A program made the position numbers and the translations under genes. DNA of 63,892 nucleotides, the filler included, from Basidioascus undulatus (taxonomy: Eukaryota): the NCBI GenBank assembly GCA_000826855.1. It is 5 parts of 5 records of this genome, joined end to end, with 100 filler letters (N's around TTAATTAATTAA, not from the genome) between each part and the next. Parts side by side here need not be neighbours in the genome. Positions count along the whole stretch, not along the records: positions 53,705 to 63,892 come from JTLS01001167.1; 4 more parts are not named here. The stretch is one strand, 5' to 3'. Below the pieces are notes generated by a model. That model saw only the letters and a list, made by a program, of their open reading frames with translations. It had not been told where the DNA came from and ran no database searches. Shown here in pieces: positions 60,384-63,892 of this stretch. Positions within the stretch are counted from its first letter, which is position 1. Each line of letters opens with the position of its first letter.

Positions 60384-63233
60384 CACCAAGTGAGCAATGG
60401 AATCGTTAGGGATGCCTAGGGTGCCGGCTACGGGAGCGTACCAGCTTAAAGTAGCACGCGTGTGACAGGTGTGAGCTCGTTATTGGGTTCTAAACTGTTG
60501 CACTAGTCAGTGGTGCTACGACCCGCAGCGAAAGCTTTTAACAGCTACCCGGCCAACGGAGACATCCAAGTAGCCGGTGGAAAAAAAATCAACCGAGATT
60601 CCGTAAGTAGCGGCGAGCGAACACGGACACTGCCTGTCGAGACCAACCCAGCCGCAAACCCTTGGAACAGGGTGTGTACGGCGCTCAGACTCCAGTAGCA
60701 ACTACGGCTACTGACCTGAGCGTGCGTCACCAGCCGTCAAACCATGGCGACTGACCAGAGAGAGTGACAGTCTCGTGCGGTATGGGGGTTTCGAGAACAA
60801 AAGTACTGCGGTTCATTCCGCAGGAACGTCGGAGCAATCATCTTCGAGGGCAGAATACAGCCGGCACACCGATAGCGCATAGTAACGCGAGTGAACGGTG
60901 AAAAGAAAGTCGATGACTAGTGAAAAAGAGCCTGAACTAGCGATTCTACGAGCAGCTGGATTCCGCATGGCACAAACGCCAGGATGACAGCGTACCTTTT
61001 GCATAATGGGTCAGCAAGCCGGTCGTAGCAGCGAGGCGAAAGCCCCAGCGAGAGCAACTCAGTCAGAATCGACTGCGGTCAGAGTTGCTGCGATCGAACC
61101 CGAAACCTGGTGAGCCAGTCAGCGTCAGGTCATACGGACCGAACAGGTGAGCGTTGCAATGCTCTCTGATGAACGCTGACTAGGGAGCGAAAGGCATACC
61201 TGACCAGGAGTTAGCTGGTTTTCTGCGAAACGTGTTACAGCACGGGTCACACGAAGCACGTCGGTTCAGTCTGACGTGCGAGACGATGCCCTGGGTACAG
61301 CACTGGTTGTCACACGGCGTCTAACAACGTCGTCAATCGGGGGGCGGTCAACGCTCTACCGCTGACAGCTAACCTCGGAACCAGGACATCGGCTCGTGTG
61401 AGCTCAGACCCGGGGCGATAAGGTCGCGGGTCGAAAGGGCAACAGCCCAGAGCGTGAGTTAAGGCTCCGAATGGCGGCCAAGTGAAAAGAAGGCAGTCGG
61501 ACTGCGATGACAGCCATGATGTGCGCTCGGAAGTGGCGACCATCTGACGAGAGTGTAACAACTCAGTGGCCTAGGCAGTCCGGCACCGAAAATTCGCGGA
61601 TCTGAGAGCCGCCAGCCGACACCACGCTGCAGTGCTACCGGTCGTGACATGCGACACGGGCGCTGTAGGTAGCAGAACACTCGGCCTGGGCGAATGGCAG
61701 TCCGTGACTGTCTGGACAGAGCCGAGGCGAGAATGCTGGCATGAGTAGCGCAAAACAGGTTTAATCCTGTTCCCAGATTGCGACCGGTTTTCTCCGAGCC
61801 GTTCGACGGCGGAGAGTCAAAGCGGTCTCTAAGGCTGAATCCGGCCATTGCGGTCAGCCGATGAGGACGGTCACCGAAGCTCAGTGTGGCCGCCGGAGTG
61901 CTCAATCGAGTCCCGGCGATCATGGTAGCCAAGAAACAGGTGGCCGATCACACCGTACCGAAACCGACACAGGTTCGCTGGTGTAGCACACCGATGGGTA
62001 GAGTGAACGGCACTCAAGGAACTCGGCAAAATGCTCCCGTACGTTTGGCAATAAGGGAGGCCACGGACAGTGCACACCGCGCAGTCCGTGGCGGCACAGA
62101 ATCGTGAGCTGCGACTGTTTACCTAAAACACAGGTCGCTGCGATGATTAGCGTCGTAGTATAGCGACTGAGGCTTGCCCAGTGCCACGAGTCTAACGTCG
62201 CAGGCTGTAACCCAGCACTGTGACTGACGCTCTGGTAAACGGCGGTCTTAACTATAAGGATCCTAAGGTAGCGAAATTCCTTGGCCGTTAAATGCGGTCC
62301 TGCATCAATAGCATTACGATGGCTCAGCTGTCTCGAGTGCCGACTCAGCGAAATTGAATTGGCCGTGAAGATGCGGTCTGCTCGCCGTTAGACGGGAAGA
62401 CCCTATGCAGCTTTACTGCAGTCAGTCACTGGCGATGGCCGCCCAGGGTGCAGCAACGTAGTAGCCGACTCCGGCGCCCACTGAGAGACTACGACCTGCG
62501 GTGGCGATTGCCTCACGGACGACAGTTGTCCGGACACTGGCTGACAGGTAGTTTTACTGGGACGGTATCCTTTAAGAATGTATCAAAGGAGTCCGAAGCC
62601 GGGCAGCGATCGGATGGAAACCGATGGGCATTGTAGCCCAAGACGCGTAACAGCCTAGCCCGGCTGACTGCGAGAGCGACAGTTCAAGCAGGCGCGCAAG
62701 CGTGGTGTAGTGAGCCGGTGGTACCTAATGAGTGGGCCATCGCTCAACGGATAAAAGTTACGCTAGGGATAACAGCGTGGTCACCAGCGAGAGTTCACAT
62801 TGTCCTGGTGGTTCGCGACCTCGATGTCGACTCGTCTTATCCTGCTGCTGCATTAGGTAGCAAGGGTCCGGCTGTTCGCCGGGTAAAAAGGCACGCGAGT
62901 TGGGTTCAGTACGGCGTGAGCCAGTACGGTCCCTATCTTCGGCGAGCACGCGCAGTCAATGGCGGACCAGCCTCTAGTACGAAAGGACCGAGTGCTGGCG
63001 AACCTCTAGTGCATCAGTTGTCGGCTCTGAGATCACTCAGACTGGCACCGCTGAGCAGCCAAGTTCGCATGTGATAAGCTCTGACGGCATCTGAAGAGCG
63101 AAGCCAACCGCCGGAGACTGCCAGCGGTATTACCGCACGACACGGAGCAGACGACTCCGTCAGTAGGCTAGCAGTGTCAGCCCCGCGAGGGAGCTCAGCT
63201 GGCTAGCACTAATGTGTCCAAATCGGCTTGGTG
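60384..63233 (+). rRNA. rnl: Mitochondrial large-subunit rRNA, intronless
   Basis: Terminal helix CACCAAGT/GCTTGGTG; GTAAACGGCGG...CCTAAGGTAGCGAAATTCCTTG; PTC segments GACGGGAAGACCC and GGGATAACAG, ACCTCGATGTCG; sarcin-ricin loop AGTACGAAAGGA. Confidence 0.97.
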
Positions 63234-63299
63234 CTACCATATCGCCTCAACCCACCGCAGTCAGTTTTAGCCAGGCAAAGTTTGCTTCCGTTAGCGCCC

Positions 63300-63892
63300 T
63301 TGTCTGCATTTTGATGCGCTGCTTCTCCCTCTAATAAAAAATAAGGGGAGTCCTTCTTCTTCTCCGCATCACTCTAACTAATAAGTAAGAGAAGATGCAG
63401 TGCTCTTCTTCAGCATTTTGATGCGTTGCTCTCCTTCTTCTTCTTTAGAAGAGAGAGCCGGAAGATAGAGCGGAGGGGAAGAGAGCGATGCTTAGTTGTC
63501 AGGGTATTGTCTCACGATACACAATGTGTCACGATGTATGAGCCGAGTAACGCACAACCATCCGGCCTGTCAGTACAGCCCTTGTCTCTGCTTCTCCCCC
63601 ACCCACCCCTTCGCATCTGCATCAAAATGCGATGCAGGGAGAAGCATCAGTTCTTCTTCTCTGCCGTACCTCTCCTCTTCGCATCACTTCGAAGATGCAG
63701 AGGGCAGACTGCTCTTCTTCTTATGCTCTTAGGAGCCGGAAGAGAGAGCGGAGCCGGAAGAGAGAATGCAGCGCATTACTCTTACTTATTAGTCGGTACG
63801 GAGAGAAGATGCAGTGCTCTTCTTCAGCATTTTGATGCGTTGCTCTCCTTCTTCTTCTTTAGAAGAGAGAGCCGGAAGATAGAGCGGAGGGG
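63300..63892. repeat. Mitochondrial modular repeat spacer with an ~88-bp direct repeat
   Basis: About 63390-63478 repeated at about 63803-63892. Confidence 0.85.

Overview
Five unrelated contigs of a draft fungal genome, probably a basidiomycete (short GT-AG introns, GC3-rich exons). They are joined by artificial 100-bp linkers (44 N + TTAATTAATTAA + 44 N) and appear sorted by length: 1-13333, 13434-26759, 26860-40184, 40285-53604, and 53705 to the window end. The four nuclear contigs carry mostly housekeeping genes: SEC11, a STE6-like ABC exporter, TRS31, ARP10, VAC14, PLP2, RPL2, SSK1, SEC63, a PI-PLC, MFS transporters, a Nudix hydrolase and a TAP-like hydrolase. Less ordinary nuclear genes are a small secreted precursor with Kex2 sites and a Gly/Phe-rich peptide, a transaldolase-fold enzyme with fructose-6-phosphate-aldolase-type active-site residues, a TRIR/C19orf43 homologue, a CPL1/PriA-like protein and a SABATH-like methyltransferase. 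The fifth contig is mitochondrial (nad4L, nad5, nad1, trnP, intronless rnl). It is unusually GC-rich (about 54% in four hand-counted 60-nt lines), uses only TGG for Trp, apparently uses TGA as a stop, and has spacers built from shuffled palindromic modules plus recurrent candidate promoter motifs. All exon structures were inferred by eye and no database searches were run.
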